Assembly (NCBI GenBank): GCA_048941065.1
Contig: JBHLNY010000001.1
Span: 28-64,027 of the forward strand
Reading direction: 5' to 3'
DNA length: 64,000 bases
Source of the DNA: Promethearchaeota archaeon
GTDB lineage: Archaea; Asgardarchaeota; Lokiarchaeia; Sigyniarchaeales; SOKP01
Shown: positions 36,318-46,279 of the stretch, one piece after another
How positions within the stretch are numbered: position 1 is the stretch's first letter
Layout of the letters: the number at the start of each line of letters is the position of its first letter
Notes under the pieces: model-generated
Database searches by the model: none
What the model was told of the DNA's origin: nothing
Seen by the model: the letters and a program-made list of their open reading frames with translations, nothing else
Made by a program: the position numbers and the translations under genes

Positions 36318-38384
36318 ATGATAAGAACTGTAAAAGGATTTTCGAATTTTGATGTATATGCTATTGTAAAAGAATTAGATTTAGTTTTATCAAATGGTGC
36401 GATATCTAATGTTTATGAAATTGAAAATTTATTGGTATTAAAAATTAATACACAACAAGGTAAAAAAAATTTAATTATTGAAGAAGATTCTCGGATTAAT
36501 TTAACTGAGTATAAATATCCTGTTCCTAAATATCCAAGTCAATATACAATGTCTTTAAGAAAATTCTTAAAAAATAGACAGATTATTAAAATTTATCAAC
36601 ATAAATTTGATAGAATCATTATTATTGAATTGAGCAATATCGATACCAAGCCATGGAAGTTTGTGATTGAGCTCTTCAATAAGGGGAATTTCTTGTTATT
36701 AAACGAAAATAACATAATCAAAATTGCTAAAAAGTATAAAAGATACAGGGATCGAAATATTTTGGCTAACAAAGAATATATCTTTCCTAAATCACGAGGA
36801 TTTAACTTTTTAACTATAAATAAAGAAGAATTTAAAGTCTTAATGAAATCAAATAAAAGTGTAGAATTAGTTAGGTATTTAGCGAGAAATGTTAACATTG
36901 GCGGGTTTTATAGTGAAGAAATATGTTATAGAGCAGGAATAGATAAAAATTTAATTGGAGTGGATTTAACTGAGGATGATTTAGAGAAATTATATAAATC
37001 ATTTAAAAAATTACGGAATGATTTGCTCTTTGGGACCATAGATGCTCAAATCGTTTTCGATGATAATGGTATTGAGATATCGATTATTCCATTCGAGTTA
37101 AAAATCTTTAAAGATAATAAAAAAAAGAGATTTGACTCTTTTAACAAAGCTTCCGATAATTTTTACTCGAAATTAGATGCGAAAAAATTAATAACTCCCA
37201 ATAATCAGAAAATTGTTGAACAAATTAAAGCTCTAGAAAAAATCTTGAAGAATCAACAAGATTATTTAAAAGAACTTAAAGAAAAAAAGCAGAAATACTA
37301 TAAACATGGAGATTTCATTTATTCTAATTTCAATATTTTAGAAAAATTAGTTGAAATAATCCAAAATGCAAGAAAAAAAGGATATGTTTGGGAAGAAATT
37401 AATAACAAACTACAGAAAGCTAAAATGGAAGATATGAAGGGAATAGAAATTTTTGAGAAGTTAATACCAACAACTAAACAAATGCTTATTATGATCAATG
37501 GTGATGAAGTTTTTTTAGATTTGAATAAAAGCATTGGTGAAAATTCAAATCTAATTTACTCTAAAGGAAAAAAAGCCGACAAAAAGATAAAGGGTACTAT
37601 AACTGCAATTGAAAAAACAAAAGAAAAAATTGGAAACTTAGAACTTGAGAAGGAATCTATGGAAGTGGGAATTGATTTCTTTATTAAAAAACCAAAATTA
37701 AAATGGTATGAGAAATTCAGATGGTTTATCTCATCAAATGGATTTCTAGTAATTGGAGGAAGAGACGCCTCATCTAATGAAGTAATTTTTAAGAAGTATA
37801 TTGATACTAACGATCTAATCTTCCATACAAACTTCCCTGGATCGCCTTTAACAGTTGTAAAAAATCCAAAAAAAAAAGAAGTTCCTGAAATAACTCTTAA
37901 TGAAACGGCTAACTTTGTCGTAAGTTATTCACGGGCATGGAAAGAAAATTGGATTATAGCTGATGCTTTTTATGTAAATTCCACACAAGTCTCAAAAAGT
38001 CCACCAACGGGAGAATTTTTACCTAAAGGGTCTTTTATCATTTCAGGAAAAAAGAATTTCATTAAAAATGCAAAAACTGAGCTTGCAATAGGATTAAACT
38101 TTATAGAACTTAGTTCTAAATCAGAAGAAAAAGATGAAATTCTTTACCCTAAATTAATATGCGGGCCATTATCAGCAATTCAGAAGCATACGAATAATAT
38201 TATTATAATAATTCCATCAAAATCAGATGGTTTGAAAAAGGGGAAATTAGCTCAGGAGATAAAAACCTACTTTATCAATCACATTGATAACAATTTTAAA
38301 AAATGGGTTAAATTATTAACTATCGATGAAATACTCCTTTATCTACCTAATGGACTTTCATCGATTAAATCCGATTCTTCTTAA
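36318..38384 (+). CDS. NFACT-family protein (Rqc2/NEMF/FbpA homolog, ribosome quality control)
   Basis: It has an NFACT-N-like N-terminus, a central coiled coil, and an NFACT-R/DUF814-like segment (GFLVIGGRDASSNEVIFKKYIDTNDLIFHTNFPGSPLTVVKN). Confidence 0.85.
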   Translation: MIRTVKGFSNFDVYAIVKELDLVLSNGAISNVYEIENLLVLKINTQQGKKNLIIEEDSRINLTEYKYPVPKYPSQYTMSLRKFLKNRQIIKIYQHKFDRIIIIELSNIDTKPWKFVIELFNKGNFLLLNENNIIKIAKKYKRYRDRNILANKEYIFPKSRGFNFLTINKEEFKVLMKSNKSVELVRYLARNVNIGGFYSEEICYRAGIDKNLIGVDLTEDDLEKLYKSFKKLRNDLLFGTIDAQIVFDDNGIEISIIPFELKIFKDNKKKRFDSFNKASDNFYSKLDAKKLITPNNQKIVEQIKALEKILKNQQDYLKELKEKKQKYYKHGDFIYSNFNILEKLVEIIQNARKKGYVWEEINNKLQKAKMEDMKGIEIFEKLIPTTKQMLIMINGDEVFLDLNKSIGENSNLIYSKGKKADKKIKGTITAIEKTKEKIGNLELEKESMEVGIDFFIKKPKLKWYEKFRWFISSNGFLVIGGRDASSNEVIFKKYIDTNDLIFHTNFPGSPLTVVKNPKKKEVPEITLNETANFVVSYSRAWKENWIIADAFYVNSTQVSKSPPTGEFLPKGSFIISGKKNFIKNAKTELAIGLNFIELSSKSEEKDEILYPKLICGPLSAIQKHTNNIIIIIPSKSDGLKKGKLAQEIKTYFINHIDNNFKKWVKLLTIDEILLYLPNGLSSIKSDSS

Positions 38385-39113
38385 ATCAATCCACTGTTTC
38401 ACTTTTGGAATATTTTTATAATTATCAAATAAAATACCATCAATTCCTAAATTTATCAAGGATTTTATAATTTTTATTGGATTTTCATAGCCGAGAAAGT
38501 CCCATGATATAGATAAAATTTCATTTTTATGACAGATTTTAATAAATTCAGATGTAACAAAACTTGATCTTAAACTAATTATTTCTGGTTTGAAAATTAG
38601 CTTCTTTTCTTGCTTTAAGAAATCTCTAAGAGTAAATTTTTTAGCTTTAGTAATGTTATAACATATCCTAGTTTTGGGCAAATCTTCTTTTAATAATTTT
38701 AGAATGTGCAGATCTCGCCCACTAAAAATACATTCTTCTATTAAATTTCCTTGTTTAACTATTTTTATGATCTTATTGTGTAGATTTTCTTCTTTTAGTT
38801 CTATCATAAATTTACTTTTTCTACTTAGTAAGGTTAAAACTTCGGAGAGTAAAGGAATTTGATTTTGACATAATTTTGTTCTTAAAAGTTTAAGCTCATC
38901 GTAATTACAATCTCCTAATAGCCCTGATCCATTAGTGGTTCTATCTAATGTAGAATCATGCATAATAACTAATTTTCCATCTTTAGTCTTCCGTACATCT
39001 AATTCAAGGTAGTTTGCCCCATATTCTATAGCTTTCTCAAAAGCATTGATTGTGTTTTCATCAAAGTTCGTTCTTGTTCCTCTATGCCCAATATAAAGGA
39101 ATTCAGATTTCAT
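38358..39113 (-). CDS. glycerophosphodiester phosphodiesterase (GDPD family)
   Basis: It has the motifs IGHRGTR...ENTINAFEKAIEYGANYLELDVRKTKDGKLVIMHDSTLDRTTNGSG. The 3' end overlaps the convergent NFACT gene by 27 nt. Confidence 0.85.
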   Translation of the reverse strand: MKSEFLYIGHRGTRTNFDENTINAFEKAIEYGANYLELDVRKTKDGKLVIMHDSTLDRTTNGSGLLGDCNYDELKLLRTKLCQNQIPLLSEVLTLLSRKSKFMIELKEENLHNKIIKIVKQGNLIEECIFSGRDLHILKLLKEDLPKTRICYNITKAKKFTLRDFLKQEKKLIFKPEIISLRSSFVTSEFIKICHKNEILSISWDFLGYENPIKIIKSLINLGIDGILFDNYKNIPKVKQWIDLRRIGFNR

Positions 39114-39149
39114 TATTGTAATAATATTTAAAAATTTAGCTGTATATCT

Positions 39150-39566
39150 TTAAATCTCTTGTATTAAATATAAATAAATTAATATAAATAAAAGTCCTAT
39201 GAGAGTTAAAATAAAAACCCATGGATTTAGAATGGATTGGCCTAAAGATAAAACTATAAGTAGTAAAATTTCTTTCCAATTTACAGGCTTCCCTACTAAT
39301 TCTTTATAATTTCCAATACTAATCATCATAAAGAAAAAAAATAATAGTATTGCACCAGTTTTAATAATTACATCTATTATATCCCATAATATATTTCTAC
39401 CCTCAAAAATTGTTATAATCTCTATATTAAAAAAAATTGATATGGTAAGAAATATACCTCCTAATATTACTGAAATAATCACTGATCTATATGCAAATTT
39501 CTCATCAATACCTTGTTTAGCTTTAGAATTTGCTTTTTTATCTGTGTGTTTAGAAATATTTGACAT
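39150..39566 (-). CDS. hypothetical membrane protein (about 4 TM)
   Basis: 138-aa hydrophobic ORF starting 1 nt after the upstream gene's stop, so it is probably co-transcribed. Confidence 0.4.
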   Translation of the reverse strand: MSNISKHTDKKANSKAKQGIDEKFAYRSVIISVILGGIFLTISIFFNIEIITIFEGRNILWDIIDVIIKTGAILLFFFFMMISIGNYKELVGKPVNWKEILLLIVLSLGQSILNPWVFILTLIGLLFILIYLYLIQEI

Positions 39567-39567
39567 T

Positions 39568-40362
39568 TTATCGGCGATACCTTTCCATAGTTCCTTTTAA
39601 TTTAAATATCCTATATATATAAAATCCATATAAAATTCCAACAAGACTAAAAATTGTTATTGAAAAAATAAAAGCTGTAAGTTTCCAGAAACCTAATTCA
39701 ATTCTGGGAGGCGTTTTTATATTTATAAGAAAAATGCTACTTTTTTTTATTCCTTCAGGATAAATGGGGGTGTTTCCATACGTTATATTGAAAGCAAAGG
39801 CATCATCATATTTCAGATAGACATCCTCCTCAACTCCTTGAGGATTATCAATAGGAATGGAAAATTCATAAGTGGCAGTTTCACTTACCAGCTTTGCAGC
39901 TCCATTGCCATTGGATATAGAATCAATTATAAAAACACCATTATTTATTAAATAATCAAAATAATCAAACTCATCATCATATATATCAGAAAACTGAATA
40001 ATCTTTGCATCAACAAAATCTCCTATATCTTCAGAAGAACTATTTGAAATTAAAATCCCTACAAATTCAGTTGTTCTATTCACGACTCCAGCTAAATCAA
40101 TTTGGACTGCAATAAATAATTTTGTTCCACTCTCCATGACCCATAATTCAATTGGTAAATCTGTTAAGTTTGTTTGAATATTAGAAGCATCCTTCCATTC
40201 ATTTTCAATTGAATCAATCTGACCATCAATAGTAGGGGCACTCCCAAATTTAGGATCAATTTCTTCTGACGCACCATGACTTGGAAATGTGAAAAAAGCG
40301 GAAATTGAGATTATGTTGATAATAAATATACATAATAAAATTTTAAAAATTAATTTCCTCAA
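39568..40362 (-). CDS. exported protein with N-terminal signal/anchor and C-terminal TM anchor (possible CBM9/DOMON-like beta domain)
   Basis: It has an N-terminal hydrophobic leader ending ...PSHGASEE. APTIDGQIDSIENEWKDAS resembles carbohydrate-binding/DOMON openings. The C-terminal TM is FWKLTAFIFSITIFSLVGILYGFYIY. Confidence 0.4.
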   Translation of the reverse strand: MRKLIFKILLCIFIINIISISAFFTFPSHGASEEIDPKFGSAPTIDGQIDSIENEWKDASNIQTNLTDLPIELWVMESGTKLFIAVQIDLAGVVNRTTEFVGILISNSSSEDIGDFVDAKIIQFSDIYDDEFDYFDYLINNGVFIIDSISNGNGAAKLVSETATYEFSIPIDNPQGVEEDVYLKYDDAFAFNITYGNTPIYPEGIKKSSIFLINIKTPPRIELGFWKLTAFIFSITIFSLVGILYGFYIYRIFKLKGTMERYRR

Positions 40363-40540
40363 GATATTGTTATCACGTAATTATATTTTAATCTATTATC
40401 CTTTTAATTAAATATTAAAATTGAAAATTTAATTTAATATTTTTTCTTTGCTTTGTTCAAAAAAATAATATTGAGTCAGAAGAAAGTCTTATCCAAAATT
40501 ATCATTATGAAATTATAAAAGCAAATTTTAAATTATTGAA

Positions 40541-40993
40541 CTATACTAAGTGATTTGGAAGGAGGATCATGCATTTAAACTTCCTTAAATAGGCGACAAT
40601 ATAATTTATTAAACGTTTTATTTCACGTTTTGCCTCGGAGGAATTATTACTATTATAATCCGCAAATGATTTAGGCCCTATGGCTATTAAAGCCCCAGAT
40701 AAATCCTTCTCTCTCTTTATTAAAAACCAAAATGGTTTTTTTTTTTCATTATCCTTAACCATCAAAAGCATCCACGGATTATACGTCCAATCGTCTTTCT
40801 CTGGTCCCGATACATTTTCAATTGCTTTATTAGTAAAATAATTTTTAGTCATTTTTACTGTTTTAGAGAGAGCATTAAAATAACTTCTTTTTATTTTTAA
40901 ATATCCGCCACCAAAATAAGTCTTAGCATCAAATAATTCGACTTCTCTATTTGTCCCGTCAGAGAATTTTAATGAAATTTTCCAATGGCTCAT
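40541..40993 (-). CDS. hypothetical protein (150 aa)
   Basis: Last ORF of a four-gene minus-strand operon. No motif recognised. Confidence 0.4.
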   Translation of the reverse strand: MSHWKISLKFSDGTNREVELFDAKTYFGGGYLKIKRSYFNALSKTVKMTKNYFTNKAIENVSGPEKDDWTYNPWMLLMVKDNEKKKPFWFLIKREKDLSGALIAIGPKSFADYNSNNSSEAKREIKRLINYIVAYLRKFKCMILLPNHLV

Positions 40994-40995
40994 AA

Positions 40996-41436
40996 TTAAG
41001 GCTTTTTAATTGTTTTTAAGCTAATTTCTTCTAATTTTATTTCTTTAAATCTACTTTTAATTTTATCTATAGATGTTTTTAAATCTTCACTTTTCTTTTC
41101 AGAAAAATTCAGGTTTAAATAACATTCATATAAAAGCTCCTTTTCTTTTAATAAAAAACCAGATGTATGAATAATTTGAAAATTATGAAGAATTTTTGAA
41201 AGTACTTCAAAAATATCATTAGATACATTTAAACCGCTTAAACTCAGTTTAATAATTTTCTCTTTATTTATAGGATAAATGGTTAATTTAGTAAAGTTTT
41301 CGAAATTTGATTGGATTATTAATAAAAATGAGCAGGTATCAATATTTTTAATATCTAATAAAGATAAATTAATTGATATATCTGATATATCCCTAATGCG
41401 CTTAATATAGGCAGTAGTTAGGTTAGTATTCTTCAT
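40996..41436 (-). CDS. hypothetical protein (146 aa), possibly ACT-like fold
   Basis: Co-directional and closely spaced after the Pop5 gene. A beta-alpha-beta-beta-alpha-beta-like alternation was judged by eye only. Confidence 0.35.
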   Translation of the reverse strand: MKNTNLTTAYIKRIRDISDISINLSLLDIKNIDTCSFLLIIQSNFENFTKLTIYPINKEKIIKLSLSGLNVSNDIFEVLSKILHNFQIIHTSGFLLKEKELLYECYLNLNFSEKKSEDLKTSIDKIKSRFKEIKLEEISLKTIKKP

Positions 41437-41461
41437 AATTGTAGTTTCACTATAAGTATCT

Positions 41462-41809
41462 CTATGTTCTTTTATTTTTATTCATTATTAATTTTTTTAT
41501 TCTAATCATTGATTTTATTGTTCCAGAAGTTTTTAAAGGAGAAAATATTACCCTCTTTCCACTAATTTGAGATACTAAGCTTAAAGCTGAAATTATATTA
41601 TATTTAGTTTGATGAGAACACCTAATTATTCCATAACCCTTTTCTAAATTTAATTCTATCAACCATAAACCAATTTTATTAGCTTCTTTCATCCCAAAAT
41701 ATCGCCAAATTGAATGCCAAATAGCATTTATGATCTCTTTCTGTTCAAATACTATATCTTGTTCTCTTATTATTTTAAATAAAATATATCTTTGCCGCTC
41801 TTTTTTCAC
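41462..41809 (-). CDS. rnp2: RNase P protein component 2 (Pop5/Rpp14 family)
   Basis: RQRYILFKI...GYGIIRCSHQT...LKTSGTIKS is the Pop5 pattern. The GTG start overlaps the upstream stop by 1 nt. Confidence 0.8.
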   Translation of the reverse strand: MKKERQRYILFKIIREQDIVFEQKEIINAIWHSIWRYFGMKEANKIGLWLIELNLEKGYGIIRCSHQTKYNIISALSLVSQISGKRVIFSPLKTSGTIKSMIRIKKLIMNKNKRT

Positions 41810-42531
41810 TATTTCAATTCTCCTCTTCTAATTAATCTAATCCCTGATTCAGTGATATTGTCTTTCTTTCTATTTTGAATTCTTTCTATAAGTAATTTGG
41901 GATTATCTATAAATCCTTTTTTTATTTTATTCAATGGAATATCTAAAAGTGAATGACATATACTTAAAAGAGATTTAGGATGTCTCAAATCATATAAATC
42001 ATCAAAATTTCCACTTATTATAAAATTTGCGTTCAATTTAAGAGCTAATTGGATAAATTTATATAAATTTCTAAAATTTTTTGATTGAAGTGCCTTATTA
42101 CTAGTCATTATTGGCGCTAAGGAAAACTCTATGAAGGAATTATTTTGTTTTGTCAAAGAAATTATTCCAGCTGTAAGTGTTTTTAATATATTCTCGTCAG
42201 AAAAAGATATAATATCCACACGAGAATCTCTTGCAGCATTAATTTGAATATCTTTATCTATAGATTCAATTGAAAGAATAAAAGGAAAATTATTAAAGTC
42301 CTTCATTCTGCTTTTAAAATCACTTAAACTAACTGGTTTTAAATTAAATCGATAGTATATATTTAGATTGGTTTGCTGTTCAATTTTTCCTCTTAACTCT
42401 GCCGATATTTGACTTTTTACTGTCTCTAAAATTAAATTTTTAATGCCCAATACTTTGCAGAATTCCAATTTTTTGTTTAATTCATCAATATTTTCAAAAT
42501 TTACTTTTAATCTAGATTCAAAATAGGACAA
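41809..42531 (-). CDS. rnp3: RNase P protein component 3 (Rpp30 family)
   Basis: 240 aa. The p30 TIM-barrel pattern includes AARDSRVDIISF and IEFSLAPI. The gene is adjacent to the Pop5 gene. Confidence 0.8.
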   Translation of the reverse strand: MSYFESRLKVNFENIDELNKKLEFCKVLGIKNLILETVKSQISAELRGKIEQQTNLNIYYRFNLKPVSLSDFKSRMKDFNNFPFILSIESIDKDIQINAARDSRVDIISFSDENILKTLTAGIISLTKQNNSFIEFSLAPIMTSNKALQSKNFRNLYKFIQLALKLNANFIISGNFDDLYDLRHPKSLLSICHSLLDIPLNKIKKGFIDNPKLLIERIQNRKKDNITESGIRLIRRGELK

Positions 42532-42658
42532 TAAAATAAAAACCTCTAATTTAACAATTAGATTTTATAACAATGCTTCAAGAATTGAAAGAATAAATAT
42601 AATAAAAAGATTTTATTATAATTAAACATTTAAATTGATATCTTTTTGAAAATTTTAA

Positions 42659-43957
42659 GTGATACTCTTGGTTAAAAGAAGGAGTCTCTCAGAAATCAAA
42701 AAAAAAATTAATAGTGGAACAGCAATAGTAATAACTGTTCAAGAATTAATAGATCAAATAAATGAAGGGCAAAAAGTACAATTTGACGATATAGATGTTG
42801 TAACAACAGCTACCAAAGGTCTAATGAGTGGAATAATGGGTGTTTTTTCTTTTCGACTTTCTCCACCAAAAACTTTAAGAAAATTTACAGAAGTTTATAT
42901 AAATGGAATTCCGGCTTACCCAGGACCGTGTCCAAATGAATATTTAGGGATAGTAGATTTAATTGTGTATGGAACAACACAAAGCAGTACTCAAGAAAAT
43001 TATTGTGGGGGTTCTCTTTTCAGAGAACTAGTAGAGGGGAAATCTGTAGAAATTGATGCAAGAAGCAGTGAAGGTGAAAAGATTCAAAAAGAAATATCTT
43101 TAGAGGATATGCAATTTGCTAAATTAATGGGAACAAGACAAGCTATAAAAAATTATAATGCAATGATTAACTGTGAACCTTATAAGGTAGATACTATCTT
43201 TTCATGTTTATCTTTTGAGCCTAATAAAACTGAACTCACTTTTTCTGGTTGTGGTGCATTAAATCCTTTCGAAAATGATCCAGAATTCCAGACTCTCGGT
43301 GTAGGGTCACCTATCTTAGTTAATGGTAAAAGAGGATATCTAATAGGTCCAGGAACTCGAAATTATATAGCTAAGCCAAATATGATGACAATTACACCTA
43401 TGATGGGAATGAAACCCGAATATATGGGTGCTTTTAAAACATCCTACGGATTAGAACCAATCTGTAGTATTGCAGTACCCATACCAATCTTAACTGAAAA
43501 AATCTTTAAAAATATCATAAAGTCTGATAATGAAGTTGTTTTAACTATTTTAAATCTTGTAGGTAGGGAAAAGGTTGGTGAGATTACTTATGGTGATGTA
43601 TGGGACAATAATTTTCTTATGAAATTTAATCCATCTGTTTGTATTAAGTGTGATAAGTGTGATGTCATAAATAATTGTCCCACAAGCGCATTTATTATCA
43701 ATAATGGCCTAATCACTGCAATAGACCGTTCTCGTTGTTTTAATTGTGGAAATTGTGTTCGTTTATGCCCAGATGCATTTAATTTGGATTTAAAGTCAAT
43801 TAAGTTTGAAGATCGTGATATACCAGTTGTTTTAAGACAATCAGATAGATATGGAGCAATAAAATTGGCTGAACAATTAAAATATATGATTCTTAAAGGA
43901 GATTTTCCCTTAGAAAAACCAACTGGCGAATTAGATTTTGCTGAAAGTGTAAAATAG
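42659..43957 (+). CDS. COG1900/DUF39-family homocysteine-biosynthesis (aspartate-semialdehyde sulfurtransferase-type) protein fused to 2x[4Fe-4S] ferredoxin domain
   Basis: The N-terminal pattern is TAIVITVQEL...DVVTTATKGLMSG. The C-terminus has CIKCDKCDVINNCP and CFNCGNCVRLCP. GTG start. Confidence 0.75.
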   Translation: MILLVKRRSLSEIKKKINSGTAIVITVQELIDQINEGQKVQFDDIDVVTTATKGLMSGIMGVFSFRLSPPKTLRKFTEVYINGIPAYPGPCPNEYLGIVDLIVYGTTQSSTQENYCGGSLFRELVEGKSVEIDARSSEGEKIQKEISLEDMQFAKLMGTRQAIKNYNAMINCEPYKVDTIFSCLSFEPNKTELTFSGCGALNPFENDPEFQTLGVGSPILVNGKRGYLIGPGTRNYIAKPNMMTITPMMGMKPEYMGAFKTSYGLEPICSIAVPIPILTEKIFKNIIKSDNEVVLTILNLVGREKVGEITYGDVWDNNFLMKFNPSVCIKCDKCDVINNCPTSAFIINNGLITAIDRSRCFNCGNCVRLCPDAFNLDLKSIKFEDRDIPVVLRQSDRYGAIKLAEQLKYMILKGDFPLEKPTGELDFAESVK

Positions 43958-43984
43958 TAAATTATATGTTAATATTGATTTTAT

Positions 43985-44428
43985 ATGGTTGTTCTGAAAT
44001 TAGAAAATTTTGATCAAATTGGAATAGTAGTAAAAGATATTAAAAAATCTTCTAAATATTTTGAGGGGTTATTAAATTTTAAACAAAAATTAAATCTAGT
44101 GGAACAAACTAATACTGTATTTTATAAGGGAAAAGAAGCTACATTTAAAATGAAAAAAATCATGCAAAATTTCGGGGGAAAACAATTTGAAATTATTGAA
44201 TTAATAGAATCAAAAGGGGATCATTTATATTCAGAATTTCTTAAAGAGGGGTATGAAGGGCTACATCATTTAGGCACTTATATAAAAAACCCAAATCAAT
44301 TTATTGAGCATTTCGAAACTGAATATAACATTAGTGTTATTCAAACTGGTAAATTTGGGAAAGTAAGATTTGATTATTTAAATACCAAAGAAATCCTTGG
44401 TTTTTATTTAGAATTAATTTCTTTTTAA
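43985..44428 (+). CDS. VOC/glyoxalase-family protein (methylmalonyl-CoA epimerase-like)
   Basis: It has FDQIGIVVKDIKKSSKYFEGLL and a later HHLG motif. The size is 147 aa. Confidence 0.7.
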   Translation: MVVLKLENFDQIGIVVKDIKKSSKYFEGLLNFKQKLNLVEQTNTVFYKGKEATFKMKKIMQNFGGKQFEIIELIESKGDHLYSEFLKEGYEGLHHLGTYIKNPNQFIEHFETEYNISVIQTGKFGKVRFDYLNTKEILGFYLELISF

Positions 44429-44498
44429 TCTTCCAATTTTCTTTTACATATTTGAAGTTTTACCAAAATTTATTTTTCATTTTTAATAACTTTTCAAT

Positions 44499-46235
44499 AT
44501 GTCTAAACAAACATTAAATGGTGGGGATTTAGTCGTTAAATGCCTTTTAAAAGAAGGTATTTCCAAAATATTTGGAATTGTTGGTGGGGAATTATCAAGA
44601 ATATATGATGCTATAGAACGATGGGGACGTGAAGAAGGTATAGATACTGTAATGGTAAGACATGAACAGGGAGCAGGACATATGGCTGATGCATGGGCAA
44701 GAGCAACTGGGGAAATTGGTGTGTGTATGGGTACTGCTGGACCGGGGGTAACTCATTTAGTACCTGCAATTGCTGCAGCAAATGCCGATTCGATTCCCTT
44801 GTTAGTTATTGGCGCTCAAATTGCTAGAATGTTCGATGATACAGGAATTTTACAAGGTGGACTTGATCAAATGGCTTTAATGAAACCAATAACAAAATTA
44901 CAAATTTCTGTAGAACATCCATATGAAATACCACATGCGATACAAAAATGCATCAAAACGGCTATGTCTGGAAGGAGAGGCCCAGTTTTTCTTGAATTGA
45001 GAGAAACAGCATTAGTGAGAAATGCCAGTGAAGAAGATATGAAGAAAATCATAGATCCAGAAAAATATAGGCCTAATGATCGACCTGCGGGTAATCCAGA
45101 AGTTATTAAAAGGGCTGTTAATGTTTTAAGAGCAGCAAAAAAGCCTATAATCATAGCAGGAGGGGGAGTAAATGCTTCAGAAGGTTATAATGATTTACAA
45201 AAATTGTCTGAAACTTACAAGATGCCTACAGCAACATCTTTTAACGGTATAGGTACCATTGGAAAAGATAAAAAAACATTTATTGGATCCAAATTAACCG
45301 CTAGCGCCTATAGAAGGGCTGCATTTGAAGCTGATGTAGTTTTATCCCTTGGATGTAGATGGGGGTATCCTTTACTTTATGGTGCTTTACCAATTTGGAA
45401 TCAAGATCAAAAAATAATTCAAGTTGATATCGATCCAAAAGAAATAGGTAAAAATAGACCGGTTGAAGTAAGTATCATTGGAGATGCTAAAGTTGTTATC
45501 CAACAACTATTAATGGAGATGGAAGAAAATCTTCCTAAAGAAAAAATTACTGAATGGTCTGATTGGAATGACTATTTACAAGAAATCAGAAAAAATGATG
45601 ATTTACAAATTCAGAAAATGTTAAAATCAGAAAAATTACCTATGAAACCACATAGACTCGCATTTGAAGTGTTAGATTTTATCCCCCCTGATACTCAAAT
45701 AGTAATTGATGGTGGGGATATATTTGTATTCACATTGGATCTTATCAATCATAAAAATCGTCCTCCCAGAAGTTTTTATCGTTCTGTATCAATGGGTCAC
45801 TTAGGAACAGGAATCCCTTATGCTATTGGTGCTAAAATGGCAAAACCAGATAAGCTTGTAGTATGTATAACTGGAGATGGAAGCTTTATGTTTACCGTAC
45901 AAGAATTAGAAACTGCTGTAAGATTAAATCTCCCCATAATCGTAGTAATTGCAAATAATTGTGCTTGGGGCATGATAAAAAGTTATCAAAGAAATAACCT
46001 CCTAAAAAGGTATTGTGATGTTGATTTTCCACTTATTAATTACGCCGAAATTGCGAAAGGTTTTGGATGTTATGCTGAGAAAGTATTAAAACCAGAAGAT
46101 ATTAAACCTGCTTTACAACGTGCTATCAATTCTAAAAAACCAGCTGTCCTTGATGTAGATATTGCTTTTGAAACGCCCCCAGCAATGAAGTTACTTGGTC
46201 TCTATAAGAAGAATAAAGGATTATTTGGAAATTAA
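44499..46235 (+). CDS. thiamine-diphosphate enzyme, acetolactate synthase large-subunit-like
   Basis: The N-terminal Pyr domain is VRHEQGAGHMADAWARATGEIGVCMGTAGPGVTHLVPAIAAANADSIPLLVIGAQ. The C-terminal ThDP motif is GDGSFMF...NN. Confidence 0.9.
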   Translation: MSKQTLNGGDLVVKCLLKEGISKIFGIVGGELSRIYDAIERWGREEGIDTVMVRHEQGAGHMADAWARATGEIGVCMGTAGPGVTHLVPAIAAANADSIPLLVIGAQIARMFDDTGILQGGLDQMALMKPITKLQISVEHPYEIPHAIQKCIKTAMSGRRGPVFLELRETALVRNASEEDMKKIIDPEKYRPNDRPAGNPEVIKRAVNVLRAAKKPIIIAGGGVNASEGYNDLQKLSETYKMPTATSFNGIGTIGKDKKTFIGSKLTASAYRRAAFEADVVLSLGCRWGYPLLYGALPIWNQDQKIIQVDIDPKEIGKNRPVEVSIIGDAKVVIQQLLMEMEENLPKEKITEWSDWNDYLQEIRKNDDLQIQKMLKSEKLPMKPHRLAFEVLDFIPPDTQIVIDGGDIFVFTLDLINHKNRPPRSFYRSVSMGHLGTGIPYAIGAKMAKPDKLVVCITGDGSFMFTVQELETAVRLNLPIIVVIANNCAWGMIKSYQRNNLLKRYCDVDFPLINYAEIAKGFGCYAEKVLKPEDIKPALQRAINSKKPAVLDVDIAFETPPAMKLLGLYKKNKGLFGN

Positions 46236-46279
46236 GAAATAGTATTTTAGATTAATATACTTAATTTGAGGGAAATTAT

